Virus record (IMG/VR): IMGVR_UViG_3300025133_006890 | Location: 1-64,000 of that record | From: a virus | Direction: 5' to 3' (one strand) | Length of the DNA: 64,000 bases | Shown: positions 44,820-56,345 of the stretch, one piece after another | Layout: each line of letters begins with the position of its first letter | Position numbering within the stretch: the first letter of the stretch is position 1 | The notes under the pieces: model-generated | Told to the model about the DNA's origin: nothing | What the model saw: only the letters and a program-made list of their open reading frames with translations | Database searches by the model: none | Made by a program: the position numbers and the translations under genes

Positions 44820-46613
44820 ATGACTACAAAAAAGCCACCTGTCAAATACATTAACAGAGACTTTGAATCTATCAAGCAAGACTTGGTTAATTATGCCAAA
44901 GTTTATTATCCGGAGACTTTTAGAGACTTCAATGAAGCCAGCTTTGGAGCTTTGATGTTGGATATGGTTGCCTATGTAGGAGACATGTTATCGTTTTATG
45001 TAGACTATCAAACCAACGAGTCATATTTAGATTCCGCAATTGAAACAAAGAACGTTGTCAAGCAGGCAAAGCAAATGGGTTTTAAATACCCAGGAACCCC
45101 AGCCTCAACTGGAGTTGTGACTTTATATGCAACAATTCAGGCTACTTCGGCAGGGTCAGGCCCAGACACGACCGCAATTCCAATTCTCATGAGGGGTACG
45201 ACATTTACTTCCAATTCTGGAGCTACATTCACTTTGCTTGAAGATGTTGACTTCTCGAATACAAAAGTGGAGCAGGTTGTTGCAACAGTCAATTCAGATG
45301 GTCAGCCAACCTCATACGCCCTCAGAGCCTCTGGTCAGGTTGTTTCCGGCCGAGTTGCGAGCGAGATTGTTGATGTCGGTCCATATGAGAAATTTAAGAA
45401 GATTGCTCTAGCTGGTGAAAATATAACAGAAATTCTATCTGTTCATGATTTTGAGGGCCACGAATACTTTGAAGTTGATTATCTGTCACAAAATTTGATT
45501 TTTCAATCAATTAGAAATCGCGTGTCGGCCGACAAGGAGCTGGTTCCTTATCTGGTTCGAGAGATATTAACCCCTCGCAGGTTTGTTGTCGAATTTAATG
45601 AGGACTTTGAAACTTTTTTGCAGTTTGGATATGGCTCGGAAGAGACACTGAAGGATAATAGTTTCCCAGATCCTGCGACATCTGTACTCCAAATACATGG
45701 AAAGAAATATTATAAAGACGATTCATTTGATCCAAATCTTATGATGAAGACTGATAAGTTTGGTATTGTCCCTCCACAAGGAAGGCTAACTGTTCAATAT
45801 AGAGCCAATACTGCCGCAGACGTAAATATTTCTGCTGGTGCTCTCAGTAGAATTACAAGTCCGATTGTGTCTTTTGGAACAAACACTCCACCAGCAGCCA
45901 CAAGTAACGCGGTGATCGCTTCTTTAGAAGTGGAAAATGAAAAGCCCATTCTCGGACAAACAAGCATCATAACAAACGAAGAAATCAGAACAAGAGCTAT
46001 TGATAATTTTGCTTCACAGAATAGAGCAGTAACAAAACAGGACTATATCAACATTATCTATAGAATGCCTTCTCGTTTTGGAGTCATTAAGAGGGCGAAC
46101 ATCGTACAAGACAAGGATTCTTTTAAGAGGAATCTAAACTTATATGTTGTATCTGAGAATGTTGATGGAAATCTGACCGAGGCACCGTCGTCTTTGAAGA
46201 ATAATTTAAAGAAATGGGTTAGCCAATATAAGATGATCAACGATACTATTGATATATTAGATGGCAGAATCGCAAACATTGGGGTTGAGTTTGAGGTGGT
46301 AGGGGTTTTAGAGAAGGGAACAACAGAAGTTCTTAGCAAATCTATCGAAGCTGTCAAAAACAAACTTTCAGACGTTCTCTTTTTTGGCCAGCCGTTTTAC
46401 ATTCAGGACATTTTCAAAATATTGAATGATTTGCCAGAAGTCATTGACACGAAGTATGTAAAAATTGTTAACAAGCGGGGAACTAGATATAGTACCACAA
46501 ATTATAACGTGGAAGCCAGCATCACAAAAGATAGTAAGTTTATTGTAGTGCCAGAAGATGTGATTTTGGAATTGAGATTTCCCGATGAAGACATCGTTGG
46601 AGTTGTTAGTTAA
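44820..46613 (+). CDS. gp6: Baseplate wedge subunit, T4 gp6-like
   Basis: RDFESIKQDL, DFNEAS, DMLSFYVD..NESYLDSA, LQFG, SQNRAVTKQDY. Confidence 0.9.
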   Translation: MTTKKPPVKYINRDFESIKQDLVNYAKVYYPETFRDFNEASFGALMLDMVAYVGDMLSFYVDYQTNESYLDSAIETKNVVKQAKQMGFKYPGTPASTGVVTLYATIQATSAGSGPDTTAIPILMRGTTFTSNSGATFTLLEDVDFSNTKVEQVVATVNSDGQPTSYALRASGQVVSGRVASEIVDVGPYEKFKKIALAGENITEILSVHDFEGHEYFEVDYLSQNLIFQSIRNRVSADKELVPYLVREILTPRRFVVEFNEDFETFLQFGYGSEETLKDNSFPDPATSVLQIHGKKYYKDDSFDPNLMMKTDKFGIVPPQGRLTVQYRANTAADVNISAGALSRITSPIVSFGTNTPPAATSNAVIASLEVENEKPILGQTSIITNEEIRTRAIDNFASQNRAVTKQDYINIIYRMPSRFGVIKRANIVQDKDSFKRNLNLYVVSENVDGNLTEAPSSLKNNLKKWVSQYKMINDTIDILDGRIANIGVEFEVVGVLEKGTTEVLSKSIEAVKNKLSDVLFFGQPFYIQDIFKILNDLPEVIDTKYVKIVNKRGTRYSTTNYNVEASITKDSKFIVVPEDVILELRFPDEDIVGVVS

Positions 46614-48086
46614 ATGGGCATAAAAAGATATTACGCAAACAAAGATGCAACAATAACAGACGCTTTTAAGTCGAACCTGATTACCAGGGCGACGGCAAGC
46701 AACATGGGAGCTTCTGATGTGTTGGAAGTATTCTCAATCTATGGACAAGCAACGACCTCATCTGCTGAGCTTTCGAGAGTTTTGGTTGAATTCCCGGTGA
46801 TGACAGATTTGTCAGCAAGCAGAGATGATTCTGTAATTCCAGCCTCCGGAAGTGTTAAATTCTTTCTGAAACTATACAATGCCGAACACACCGAAACTCT
46901 TCCTTCTGATTTCTCACTAACTGTTGCGGCAGTTAGCAGGTCTTGGGACGAGGGCGTCGGCCTGGACATGGAAACATATTTAGATGAGGACGCGGCTAAC
47001 TGGACATTTGCATCTTCTGGAGTGTTGTGGACAGCACCTGGCGGAGATTTTTTAAATGCAGCATCAAACATAACAAAGGATCCTAACTTTATTGTAGGAA
47101 CTGAAGACTTAGAGTTGGACGTAACCGATGTTGTTGAGCAGTGGCTCGATGGCACCGTGAGCCATAATGGATTTGGCATCTATATGTCTTCCAGCTTCGA
47201 AGCATCATCAAGCTTGAATTTGACAGGTTCTACTCGTTCTTATTACACAAAGAAGTTCTTTGCAAGAAAGAGTGAATTTTTCTTTAAGCGCCCAGCAATA
47301 GAGGCCAGATGGGACTCTTCAATCACAGACGATGCAGGCAATTTCTATCTCAGTTCATCTCTGATGCCGTCAGAGAGTAATTTGAATTCAGTGTATTTGT
47401 ATAATGTTGTCGGCGGTCAGCTAAGAGATATCCCGTCTATTGGTACTGGAGTAATAACCGCTAGCGTATATGGAGCATTGGCGAACAATCAAGATAAGAT
47501 TACTCTTCCTATCGGCGGAGATGTCGTCGGTGATGGCGACACTAACGTGACTGGCGGCTGGCAAGCGACAGGAATATATTCAGCATCCTTTGCTTATAGT
47601 AGCTCTGTCACCCCGGTATATGTTGTTTGGTCAGATAGTTCAAATCAATTCCAAAGCAGCTCTGCGATCACTGTAAAGACATATTCTGCCGGCAATTCAA
47701 ACTTTACCACATCCTATGTTACTACAATTATTGGTCTTAAGCCTACATATAGCATACAAGAAACGGCCAGATTCCGAGTGTTTGTCCGACCAAGGGATTG
47801 GAGTCCAACGGTTTATACTGTTTCATCGACTGCTATTGCTGTGACTCCAATAGAAAAATCATATTATAAGATTTATAGAGTTTCTGATGGGCTAGAAGTT
47901 GTACCATACGGCACAGGTTCTACTACAGAACACACAAGAATGTCATATGATTCTCAAGGAAACTATTTTGACTTTGACATTTCTATGTTAGAACCAGACT
48001 TTCAATATGGATTAAAGTTTATGCACCGAGTTAATGGCTTGTTGGCAGAACAAAAAGAAGCATTTAAGTTTAGAGTCGAATCATAA
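46614..48086 (+). CDS. Virion structural protein (DNRLRE-like beta domain), Ser/Thr-rich
   Basis: KDATI, SRVLVEF, SWDEGVG, WTAPGGDF, LDVTDVVEQWLDG..HNGF, RPAIEARW; follows gp6. Confidence 0.7.
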   Translation: MGIKRYYANKDATITDAFKSNLITRATASNMGASDVLEVFSIYGQATTSSAELSRVLVEFPVMTDLSASRDDSVIPASGSVKFFLKLYNAEHTETLPSDFSLTVAAVSRSWDEGVGLDMETYLDEDAANWTFASSGVLWTAPGGDFLNAASNITKDPNFIVGTEDLELDVTDVVEQWLDGTVSHNGFGIYMSSSFEASSSLNLTGSTRSYYTKKFFARKSEFFFKRPAIEARWDSSITDDAGNFYLSSSLMPSESNLNSVYLYNVVGGQLRDIPSIGTGVITASVYGALANNQDKITLPIGGDVVGDGDTNVTGGWQATGIYSASFAYSSSVTPVYVVWSDSSNQFQSSSAITVKTYSAGNSNFTTSYVTTIIGLKPTYSIQETARFRVFVRPRDWSPTVYTVSSTAIAVTPIEKSYYKIYRVSDGLEVVPYGTGSTTEHTRMSYDSQGNYFDFDISMLEPDFQYGLKFMHRVNGLLAEQKEAFKFRVES

Positions 48087-48089
48087 AAA

Positions 48090-51000
48090 ATGAGCACCAA
48101 ATCATTATTTGAAAAAGCGCGCTTGGTTTCCCAAAGGGGTCTCGAAAAGAAATCGACTCTCGATTTGCAATCAGAGGTTGAATCCCGCGATCACATTAAA
48201 TCAATTTCAGACACCAAAGATCAATTCATTCCAGAGATTGACTTTAGCAATCCTAAGAATTTTGTCAAATATGGCCAAGCCGGTGAGTATTATACCAACG
48301 CGCTTAATAGAATTTGTAAACAATATCCATATGATGGCACACTGGAGGAGAAAAGAACATTTTATAACAACTTGACCCCGCTGGAGAAATGGTTTTATGA
48401 TAATGAATATCCTAAAACAAATGGTCATGGAATAATTGGAAATACATGGGACCGGGGCGGAAGCGAGAGTGGACAACAGTTTGGCAAAACCAACACTTTA
48501 GAATATATTTCAATTGTAGGCGGCCCCGGCATAAACAATATTTACGACTTGCCGACAGATCGCGGAAACAATTTGAGATTTGATCTAAAAAAGGGGAATA
48601 CTGTTGAATTTTGGATGAAGAAAGAGGGTTTTGTTGGCTTGGCTGGCGGATCCACAAGAGAAGTAATTTTTGATTTATGGAATAGTCAATCGTTGAGCGA
48701 CAGTCGTTATGGGCGATTAACTTTATATCTTGACAGTAACTCCACAGAAGTTCACAAGATGTTTTGTCATATCAGCTCTGGATCTACGACAAGCTCGGCC
48801 CAACTAGGCACGGGCTTAACTACAATCGCGGATAATAAGTGGCATCATTATGCAGTTGTCTTGCTGTCTGGCAGCCAGTCCACCAAGGAGTCAGCCCAGT
48901 CTGGCATACGCACAGAACTCTATGTAGACGGCCAGCAGACGGACGTAGACATCAGCACGAGTGGTAACATGTCTTACGTGTCGGGAGCGATTCAGGCGAA
49001 TCTGGGGGCTCTACGGAGCCTATGGACGGGTGACAACATTTCGGAGATCGGCTGGGGCAAGCTGTCCGCATCAATTGATGAATTTAGATATTGGAAAATT
49101 AATAGAACTCCAAAACAGATTGGCAGCAATTATTTTGTGCCAGTCGGAGGGGGCGTAAATGCTAGCATAGTCAACAAGGATTTAGGCGTTTATTATAAAT
49201 TTAATGAAGGTATCACTGGAACGTCCAGTAAAGATTCAACTGTTCTTGATTATTCGGGCAGATTGGCAAACGGATCGTGGGTTGGATACTCTTCGACAGA
49301 ATCGAGAAGCACCGGTTCCGCAATTGTGGCAGCCGGCTTCACAAAAGAAGAAAAAGACCCAATTATTTATAGCACCCATCTGGATGTTCAGAGGATTACA
49401 ACAAAATATAACACAATAGGGTCTGAACACGACTTGTCAAACACAACCAGCCTCTACAATATGATTCCATCATTCGCGAGAGAAGAAGACCAGAACACAT
49501 CCTCAGAGTTGAAGAGAATTTTACAGATTATGGGAAGTTATTTTGATACAATCCATAGTCAAATCACAAACATTAAAGACCTTAAAGAGCCTTCTTATGC
49601 CTCAAGCAGCATGACGCCGAACGTACACAACAATAAGTTGCTGACATCTGTTGGTTTTGATGTTTCTGAAATCTTTGTTCAAGCCGGCGTTATGGAACAT
49701 TTGCTGGCCAAAGATCATAATGGTGTTTACGAAAAGGATATTGGTGAAGTAAAGAATCTAATTTATAAGAATATCTATAACAATTTAGTCTATATCAACA
49801 AAACTAAGGGAACAGAAAAGTCTTTTCGTAACCTGTTTAGATGTTTCGGCGTAGACCACGACTTAGTTAAACTAAACATATACAGCGATAATGCAGAGTT
49901 TGTGATCGAAGATACTTATGAGAATGTTTCAATACCAACAACGACCATTGATTTCACAGGCATCAACGTTCCGAGCAATCAGAAGGCGACGATTTATCAG
50001 TACGCCAGCAGCTCTCATGATGCTGCATTTATTTCATCTTCTGAAGATTTAAGCTATGCAATGACTGCTGAAGCGGAAGTATTCTTCCCGCTGACAACAG
50101 ATATCCCAGGAATCTCTGGTTCTGGCTTGTTAACATCTTCTTTGTTTGGGTGCCATTCGGCAACCGGAGCGTTGGATGGGACTTATATTCAATATGGTGC
50201 CGACCCTGATAGGGGATTCCAAGTCCACGCCATTCGGCCAGCAGCTTCGGGAGATAATGCATACTTTATGTTGACTTCTTCTGCGGGGTATTTCCCGACC
50301 CTGACTTCTTCCGTGTATGAAGACGTTTATGACAACTCAAAGTGGAATTTTGCCGTTAGGTTGAAGATGGATGATTTTGCCTATTCGGTTGGAGCTACCG
50401 CTTCCAACTCTGCGTCATATGAATTCTATGGAGTAAACATGAATGCTGGCGAGCAAATAAATATGTTCTCCCTTAAGTCATCTTTAACGTCCTCAATCGC
50501 AGAAACATTTTTATCTGGAACGAACAAGAGATTTTATGTTGGCGCGCAGCGCAGAGATTTTACCGGAAGTTTGATTCACAAGTCCGACGTTAGGTTTTCG
50601 TCTTTGAGATATTGGCAAGATTATGTGACAGATACTGAAATCGAACAACATGCAAAAAATCCAAACAATTATGGTAGAGAGCGCCCGCTTGAGAACTCAA
50701 CGTTGTTTAGTTTGAGCGCGAGCAACACAGAACATTTGCCAAGGATTGATACACTAGCCCTTAATTGGGATTTCTCAACTCTTTCTGGCAGTGATGCAAA
50801 TGGAAATCTGGCAGTTATCGATGTATCTTCCGGGTCATCAGCGCTAAAAGACCGCTATACGAGATTCAACGTCGGTCAGGTTATAAAGAACAACCACACG
50901 GGCCTTGGAGAATTCTTTAAAGCCAGTACCGAAGTGGTTTCTATAGAGCATGTTAGCGCCCAGAGGTTGTTGCAGCCCGAGAATATTCACTCAGCAGAGC

Positions 51001-51557
51001 TTATTAAAATTCTTAGTAAAGATGACAACACCTTCACAAGAGAATCACAACCCGTTCGATACACATTCTCAGTTGAGATGAGCATGTATGAGATTATATC
51101 CCGTGAAATGTTGAACTTTTTCTCTTCGATAGTCGAGTTTAATAACTTGATTGGCGAGCCAAAATATATGTACAGGAGTAATTATAAGGATTTAGAGAAG
51201 CTTAGACACCTATTCTTTGAAAAAGTTTCCAAGAAGCCAGATTTGCAAAAATTTATTAATCTATATAAGTGGTTTGATTCTGCTTTAGATACTGTTATTG
51301 GGAATTTGATTCCATTATCTGCCAATGTGTTTGATGGAGTTAGAACTATCGTCGAGAGCCATGTCCTTGAGAGAAACAAATACAGACACAAATATCCAGC
51401 CATTAAATCTTTTGCCGCCGGAGAAGCAAAGAAGATTCTTTTGGACACATCTGGAGTGCAAATTTCTTATAATGGCGACGTAACTTCGACACCCAAAGAT
51501 CCTGTTGGTAAAAATGTAGATCTGGATGGCATTCCTTCTACCGGGGAAAACCTATAA
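48090..51557 (+). CDS. Large baseplate/tail protein with LamG (ConA-like) domains and a gp7-like wedge segment
   Basis: TVEFWMK, DNKWHHYAV, LYVDGQ, IDEFRYW, YYKFNEG; YINKTKGTEKSFRNLFRCFG resembles the KGT motif of wedge proteins. Confidence 0.75.
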   Translation: MSTKSLFEKARLVSQRGLEKKSTLDLQSEVESRDHIKSISDTKDQFIPEIDFSNPKNFVKYGQAGEYYTNALNRICKQYPYDGTLEEKRTFYNNLTPLEKWFYDNEYPKTNGHGIIGNTWDRGGSESGQQFGKTNTLEYISIVGGPGINNIYDLPTDRGNNLRFDLKKGNTVEFWMKKEGFVGLAGGSTREVIFDLWNSQSLSDSRYGRLTLYLDSNSTEVHKMFCHISSGSTTSSAQLGTGLTTIADNKWHHYAVVLLSGSQSTKESAQSGIRTELYVDGQQTDVDISTSGNMSYVSGAIQANLGALRSLWTGDNISEIGWGKLSASIDEFRYWKINRTPKQIGSNYFVPVGGGVNASIVNKDLGVYYKFNEGITGTSSKDSTVLDYSGRLANGSWVGYSSTESRSTGSAIVAAGFTKEEKDPIIYSTHLDVQRITTKYNTIGSEHDLSNTTSLYNMIPSFAREEDQNTSSELKRILQIMGSYFDTIHSQITNIKDLKEPSYASSSMTPNVHNNKLLTSVGFDVSEIFVQAGVMEHLLAKDHNGVYEKDIGEVKNLIYKNIYNNLVYINKTKGTEKSFRNLFRCFGVDHDLVKLNIYSDNAEFVIEDTYENVSIPTTTIDFTGINVPSNQKATIYQYASSSHDAAFISSSEDLSYAMTAEAEVFFPLTTDIPGISGSGLLTSSLFGCHSATGALDGTYIQYGADPDRGFQVHAIRPAASGDNAYFMLTSSAGYFPTLTSSVYEDVYDNSKWNFAVRLKMDDFAYSVGATASNSASYEFYGVNMNAGEQINMFSLKSSLTSSIAETFLSGTNKRFYVGAQRRDFTGSLIHKSDVRFSSLRYWQDYVTDTEIEQHAKNPNNYGRERPLENSTLFSLSASNTEHLPRIDTLALNWDFSTLSGSDANGNLAVIDVSSGSSALKDRYTRFNVGQVIKNNHTGLGEFFKASTEVVSIEHVSAQRLLQPENIHSAELIKILSKDDNTFTRESQPVRYTFSVEMSMYEIISREMLNFFSSIVEFNNLIGEPKYMYRSNYKDLEKLRHLFFEKVSKKPDLQKFINLYKWFDSALDTVIGNLIPLSANVFDGVRTIVESHVLERNKYRHKYPAIKSFAAGEAKKILLDTSGVQISYNGDVTSTPKDPVGKNVDLDGIPSTGENL

Positions 51558-54500
51558 ATGTCTAGAAGAAAGCACACATATGTAGCAAACTCACCACCTT
51601 TGACAGAAAAAGGAGAGTTCAAAGCTACATCTCAAGATCAATCGGTCAATCCAGATTGGTGGGACAATAAGGTCGAAAGAGATAGCTCTGTTTTGACTTC
51701 CAGCGATACTGGAGTTAATACCACGAGGGTGCAGCTACTACACAACAAAAAGAAAGCATACGCAACAACACAAACTTTAGAATACGATATAGTTCAGACT
51801 ATCGGCGCCAAAGAAAATGTGACTGACGGATCAAATCCTCAATATTACAAAGAGACTTTTAGAGATTCTGAGCTTACAGTAGATGATGATCCAAAGGATG
51901 GTATTTATGCTAATTTTGACACAGGGACTCTGAACAGGGCTGGAGAGCCACTAAAGGATGTTGAGAAATCAGCTGCCCTTGCTAAGTTTAAAATACCGGC
52001 AAAAGTTAAAGTTCCGATCAAAGCTTACGACGGTAGAACAAAAGCTGACAGTGCTGGCACAAAATATTATGGACAAGAAAGGTTGCCTTTTTCAATCTAT
52101 AGTTCCTCAATAGATGCTGGCTATCAAAGTAAGTTGTCAGCTATGCCACTGGGAGTGTCGGTTGAATCTCTGCATATAGATGTCAACCCCGCGACCAATG
52201 AGTCATCAATGCAGGGTCCGTTCGCAGAAAGAAACGTCGGCGGCAATATGTATCGCCATAACGATGTCCTTGAATCAGATCCTACAGCCCGCGCCGAAGG
52301 TTTCAGAATCAATATCGACACAGGCAATGCTCAAATTAGCGTACACAATCCTAAATTCGTTGATGGTGTTTATGATTCCGCTATGCCAAACGGCGCGCTG
52401 ACGAGAGAAGAAACTGCGAAACGACCCATCAACGTAAAGAACGTTCGCACATCGGCTTCGATTGCAGGCAATTATCAAAAAGATTATCAGATTGTTTTGA
52501 CGAATGATCGCTCCATTAACAATAGAAACTTTGTTAGCGGAGGTCTTCCCACAACGACGAGCGTTGAAGCGCTTACCATCGGTTGGGATTCTAATAATCA
52601 AATCAACGAGTTAGCGTTGTTAGATAGGGATAAGACGGGCAGCAGCAATCACATTATCGTTTCAAGATTTGTTGGCGGTGGCGGCCCGGAAGAAGAGTCG
52701 GAAGGATTTTTAGATTTCAATTCCGCACAGTATTCTCCATATAGCGTCTTAACATATAGAAATCTAGTACAGAGAAACGCACTAAACGAATTATACTCAA
52801 GGCACAGCGCTCAGTTTGGATATGATGGTATCTATGGCTCGCCATGGCCCGCATTCCACAAGACGCAAAGAAATACAGTGGTTAGGCCACATCGCCATTT
52901 CCATAGCAGCTCCAACAAAGCAGAGTACGTTTATGATAATGCATGGGTAACTCACGGGATTCCGAGATCGGACGTTCAATATAAGTGGATTAACGACTCT
53001 TGGATTGCTAAACACGATCCATCATCTTTACAATATTTGATAAGCAATTTTGGAGATGTATCAACGATAACATCTAGCGAGTTCTTGCCACTATTCGGAC
53101 ACCAATACAGTGCCTCCATAGATTCAATTGCCTTTGTCTCAGCCTCTGAGTTTGTTAGTTATAACGGGACTCTCGGAAGTGATAGATTCGATGACAATGC
53201 TGACATTGTGAATCTCATACCAACAGATTTTGTTAATTTAAATTATCATGTTTATGAACCAGTTACCGGCTCGACCCTTGGACATGAACCGGGCACCAGC
53301 ATTGTTACATACATCAATGAAGATTTGATCACCGAATTAACTTCTCAAGCAACTGCGTCTCTTTTGAACACTTTGCTAAATAATAGAAATGGCCCATACG
53401 GCTGGCCAACTTGGAAACAAATTAGAGTTGCCGACCACGCCGCAGCAAGATTTAGCAGAAAAAACAACTTCTTCCAAACACAGAATGAAGCTCTTGATCC
53501 GGCGACAGACAAAGTAAGCCGCAAGATAGTATCATTCCAACAAGCTCCGGTATCATCTAAGCATCACGCCGTTCAACACGAGCTTGCGGATTCAATTTTA
53601 AAATATGAATTTGGTAACAATTACAACTTCTTTGGAGAGGTTTATGACCTTGAGACTAAAAAATTAATTAACTATAACCAAAAGTTTGGAGTAGCTCAGA
53701 CTATTCCAATCCAATTGATAGATTATCTAACGGAAGAGGTTGGCAGAGTCGCTTATGCAGAAACAGTATATCCGAGAGATGAGAACGCATATAGGGATAA
53801 AACGAGATTACGCTCTAGTTTGACTTCATTCTGGAGAGACAAAATTGAAAATCGTTTTGCAGTCACAGTTGTCGGTTCACAAAATCAAGAGTTTTCTGGC
53901 AGTATTTGGCCCCTTGATGTCCTATCCTCTTCTACTGGAGAAGAAAGAAGCGGCGAATTAATGAGGCCCGACAATTGTGATTTGTATGACGATGAAGGAT
54001 ATGGCCCTTGCGAAGTGCCTCCAACTGGTGAGGAAGTTAATGCTAGATTTGGACGCTTTTACGGAACTTGCAGACCACAAAATCAAGTTCATGAATCCGC
54101 CAACAGAGGCCCATTCCACGACAAGTATGATGATTTTGCCGAAGATGTTCGATTAATTGCACAGGGTTATGGACTGGTGCCGGAATTTACAATTTCTGAT
54201 TATGTTTACATAATTGGCGACGAATATGGATTTGATTTTTATCAAGGAATCTATGATATACAACTGCCGGGTGCCCAATTAACACCGCCTGCCCTCACAT
54301 CAAGCGCTACTTTGGCAGAAAGAGATGCCCGAGCTTCTGGCAAAAATAGGGCGCCGAATCAAAACGAGTTTTATGAAACATTTGTTCACAGCGACATTAT
54401 GCAGAACATTGACAGAGTGCGAGGGAACTATGGCGAACCCATAAGTCTTTCAGTTACGTTCAATGGAGCTTTGAAACTTCTTCCCCGCGACGGATTCTAT

Positions 54501-56345
54501 CCAGTTCAGAGAACACTAGATCTGGCAACCCAATTCTCTCAGTCTTATCAAGAAGCTGAAGCAGATGGAACTGAGGCATCTTGGAGAACGTTGTTAACTC
54601 CCTTTTATGCTCCCGGTATTATGTACAATTCTATCAGAGCGGGCATTGCCGTTGATTATCCTATTGTAGATCAGGAGAGCGTTGAATTGGATATTACTTC
54701 CGCCCTTGAAGATTGCACTGGCGGATATCTTAAGAGGCTGCCGTTCGAATCAATTGTTGAGCCAGACTTTTATGCAAAACAACTTAAGGGTTCTGGCAGT
54801 GGCGACTTTTTGAAGATTTATGATTTCGACCTGGAGATGCCGTTAGATAGCACGGGCACCTTTGCAGCAACAAATGGAATTTATGAAAGAATGGCTCACA
54901 ACTTCTTTGCGGAAGTACCTGAATTCTTTTTGAAAAAGCTAACGCACTTTAAATCTAAACCAACTGCCGAGTGGTCGTTCAAAGGTCCGTTAAGAAAAAC
55001 AACTGAAGTTAAGAAGTTTGTTATGGATGTGGTCATCGAAAAGACTGCCAACTTTGCCCACCATGAGGCGCCAAAATGGTTTGGCCCATTCCCGCATATT
55101 GCCCATGTCCCGCCATATTACACAATTGGAGCCTCCAACACTTGGTGCGGCACAGTATCTGATTTTGATTGTGACACGTTTACTCACATAGGAACAAACG
55201 AGGCCAACAAAGCAACTGCAAGAATTATCTTTGATCCCACGCCGATCTATGACAACTCGCCAGAGAGATTCATTAATGGTAAATTCACTCTTGAGGATAT
55301 TGTGAACAATAGTACGGTAGAATTTACCAACCAAAACATGGGTGCTTCTGTATCTCCATTCGCTATGAGCACCAGCGCTAGTTTTGATTTGTTTGGTTTC
55401 ACAAATAATTCCGAGTGGATAATCAATTCAAAGTGGGAAGCTCCCGTTCTTAATTTCGTCTCAGTCACCACAACTGGTTCAAATTTAAACTCTCCTCGTG
55501 GTATTTGGAACCAACACAGTAGCGATGCTCCGTTCGCTGACGAAGGGTTATTCTTCAATCTAGTTGAGCCTGACATCTCTATTGATGATAAAGAGTCCTC
55601 ACTTACAGGATCTCTAATTGAGGCTTGCGGGTTCAGTATTGAAAAGCAACGCCTTGGCGAGATTGCGACAAAGAAGAAAATCCACGAGGCAATAGTTGCA
55701 GTACCATTCTTCTCAGATAATAGCACTGGAGAGGAAAAGCTGTTACACATTCCGCTTGAATTGTTTGAAGAAGCATATCAATCTAATGCAGATGGCAAAC
55801 CTATTACAAATTCTATAAGCGATATGATCTTAAAGATGGGTAAATACAACCTATTGCCTGCTCATGATTTTGTGAGAGTTAGAGACAAATCTAGCGAACC
55901 TATCTTACAAGAAGACGAGTATAAGCCAGCCATTAATCCATTTGCTATGTTGATTTTTGAATTTTCACACACGCTGACACAGAGGGACTTGGTTAATATT
56001 TGGCAAGGAGTCATGCCTAAAATCTCTACAGATGTCGAGATGCAGGATATAACGATGAATATCCCAATTGGAGATAAGGAGTTGTTTGGAGCGCCAGTCT
56101 TTGAGCGTGCTGGATTAAAATCTATGCCGTCTAATCTGAGATGGAAGATTTATAAAGCCAAATTCAGGGCAGCTAATAATTATTATGAGATGAAAGAGAA
56201 GAAATTTGATATAGTTTCCGAGAAGAGAGATATTGATTTCTCATACAATTGGCCATATGACTTCTTCTCGTTGGTCGAAATGGGCAAGATGAAGACACAA
56301 TTGAACTTTGAACACAGCCCATCTGGTTCTAGGAATAGAAGATAA
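51558..56345 (+). CDS. Very large putative virion structural protein (1595 aa)
   Basis: Long ORF abutting neighbours in the tail module; beta-rich, Ser/Thr/Asp/Asn-rich composition. Confidence 0.75.
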   Translation: MSRRKHTYVANSPPLTEKGEFKATSQDQSVNPDWWDNKVERDSSVLTSSDTGVNTTRVQLLHNKKKAYATTQTLEYDIVQTIGAKENVTDGSNPQYYKETFRDSELTVDDDPKDGIYANFDTGTLNRAGEPLKDVEKSAALAKFKIPAKVKVPIKAYDGRTKADSAGTKYYGQERLPFSIYSSSIDAGYQSKLSAMPLGVSVESLHIDVNPATNESSMQGPFAERNVGGNMYRHNDVLESDPTARAEGFRINIDTGNAQISVHNPKFVDGVYDSAMPNGALTREETAKRPINVKNVRTSASIAGNYQKDYQIVLTNDRSINNRNFVSGGLPTTTSVEALTIGWDSNNQINELALLDRDKTGSSNHIIVSRFVGGGGPEEESEGFLDFNSAQYSPYSVLTYRNLVQRNALNELYSRHSAQFGYDGIYGSPWPAFHKTQRNTVVRPHRHFHSSSNKAEYVYDNAWVTHGIPRSDVQYKWINDSWIAKHDPSSLQYLISNFGDVSTITSSEFLPLFGHQYSASIDSIAFVSASEFVSYNGTLGSDRFDDNADIVNLIPTDFVNLNYHVYEPVTGSTLGHEPGTSIVTYINEDLITELTSQATASLLNTLLNNRNGPYGWPTWKQIRVADHAAARFSRKNNFFQTQNEALDPATDKVSRKIVSFQQAPVSSKHHAVQHELADSILKYEFGNNYNFFGEVYDLETKKLINYNQKFGVAQTIPIQLIDYLTEEVGRVAYAETVYPRDENAYRDKTRLRSSLTSFWRDKIENRFAVTVVGSQNQEFSGSIWPLDVLSSSTGEERSGELMRPDNCDLYDDEGYGPCEVPPTGEEVNARFGRFYGTCRPQNQVHESANRGPFHDKYDDFAEDVRLIAQGYGLVPEFTISDYVYIIGDEYGFDFYQGIYDIQLPGAQLTPPALTSSATLAERDARASGKNRAPNQNEFYETFVHSDIMQNIDRVRGNYGEPISLSVTFNGALKLLPRDGFYPVQRTLDLATQFSQSYQEAEADGTEASWRTLLTPFYAPGIMYNSIRAGIAVDYPIVDQESVELDITSALEDCTGGYLKRLPFESIVEPDFYAKQLKGSGSGDFLKIYDFDLEMPLDSTGTFAATNGIYERMAHNFFAEVPEFFLKKLTHFKSKPTAEWSFKGPLRKTTEVKKFVMDVVIEKTANFAHHEAPKWFGPFPHIAHVPPYYTIGASNTWCGTVSDFDCDTFTHIGTNEANKATARIIFDPTPIYDNSPERFINGKFTLEDIVNNSTVEFTNQNMGASVSPFAMSTSASFDLFGFTNNSEWIINSKWEAPVLNFVSVTTTGSNLNSPRGIWNQHSSDAPFADEGLFFNLVEPDISIDDKESSLTGSLIEACGFSIEKQRLGEIATKKKIHEAIVAVPFFSDNSTGEEKLLHIPLELFEEAYQSNADGKPITNSISDMILKMGKYNLLPAHDFVRVRDKSSEPILQEDEYKPAINPFAMLIFEFSHTLTQRDLVNIWQGVMPKISTDVEMQDITMNIPIGDKELFGAPVFERAGLKSMPSNLRWKIYKAKFRAANNYYEMKEKKFDIVSEKRDIDFSYNWPYDFFSLVEMGKMKTQLNFEHSPSGSRNRR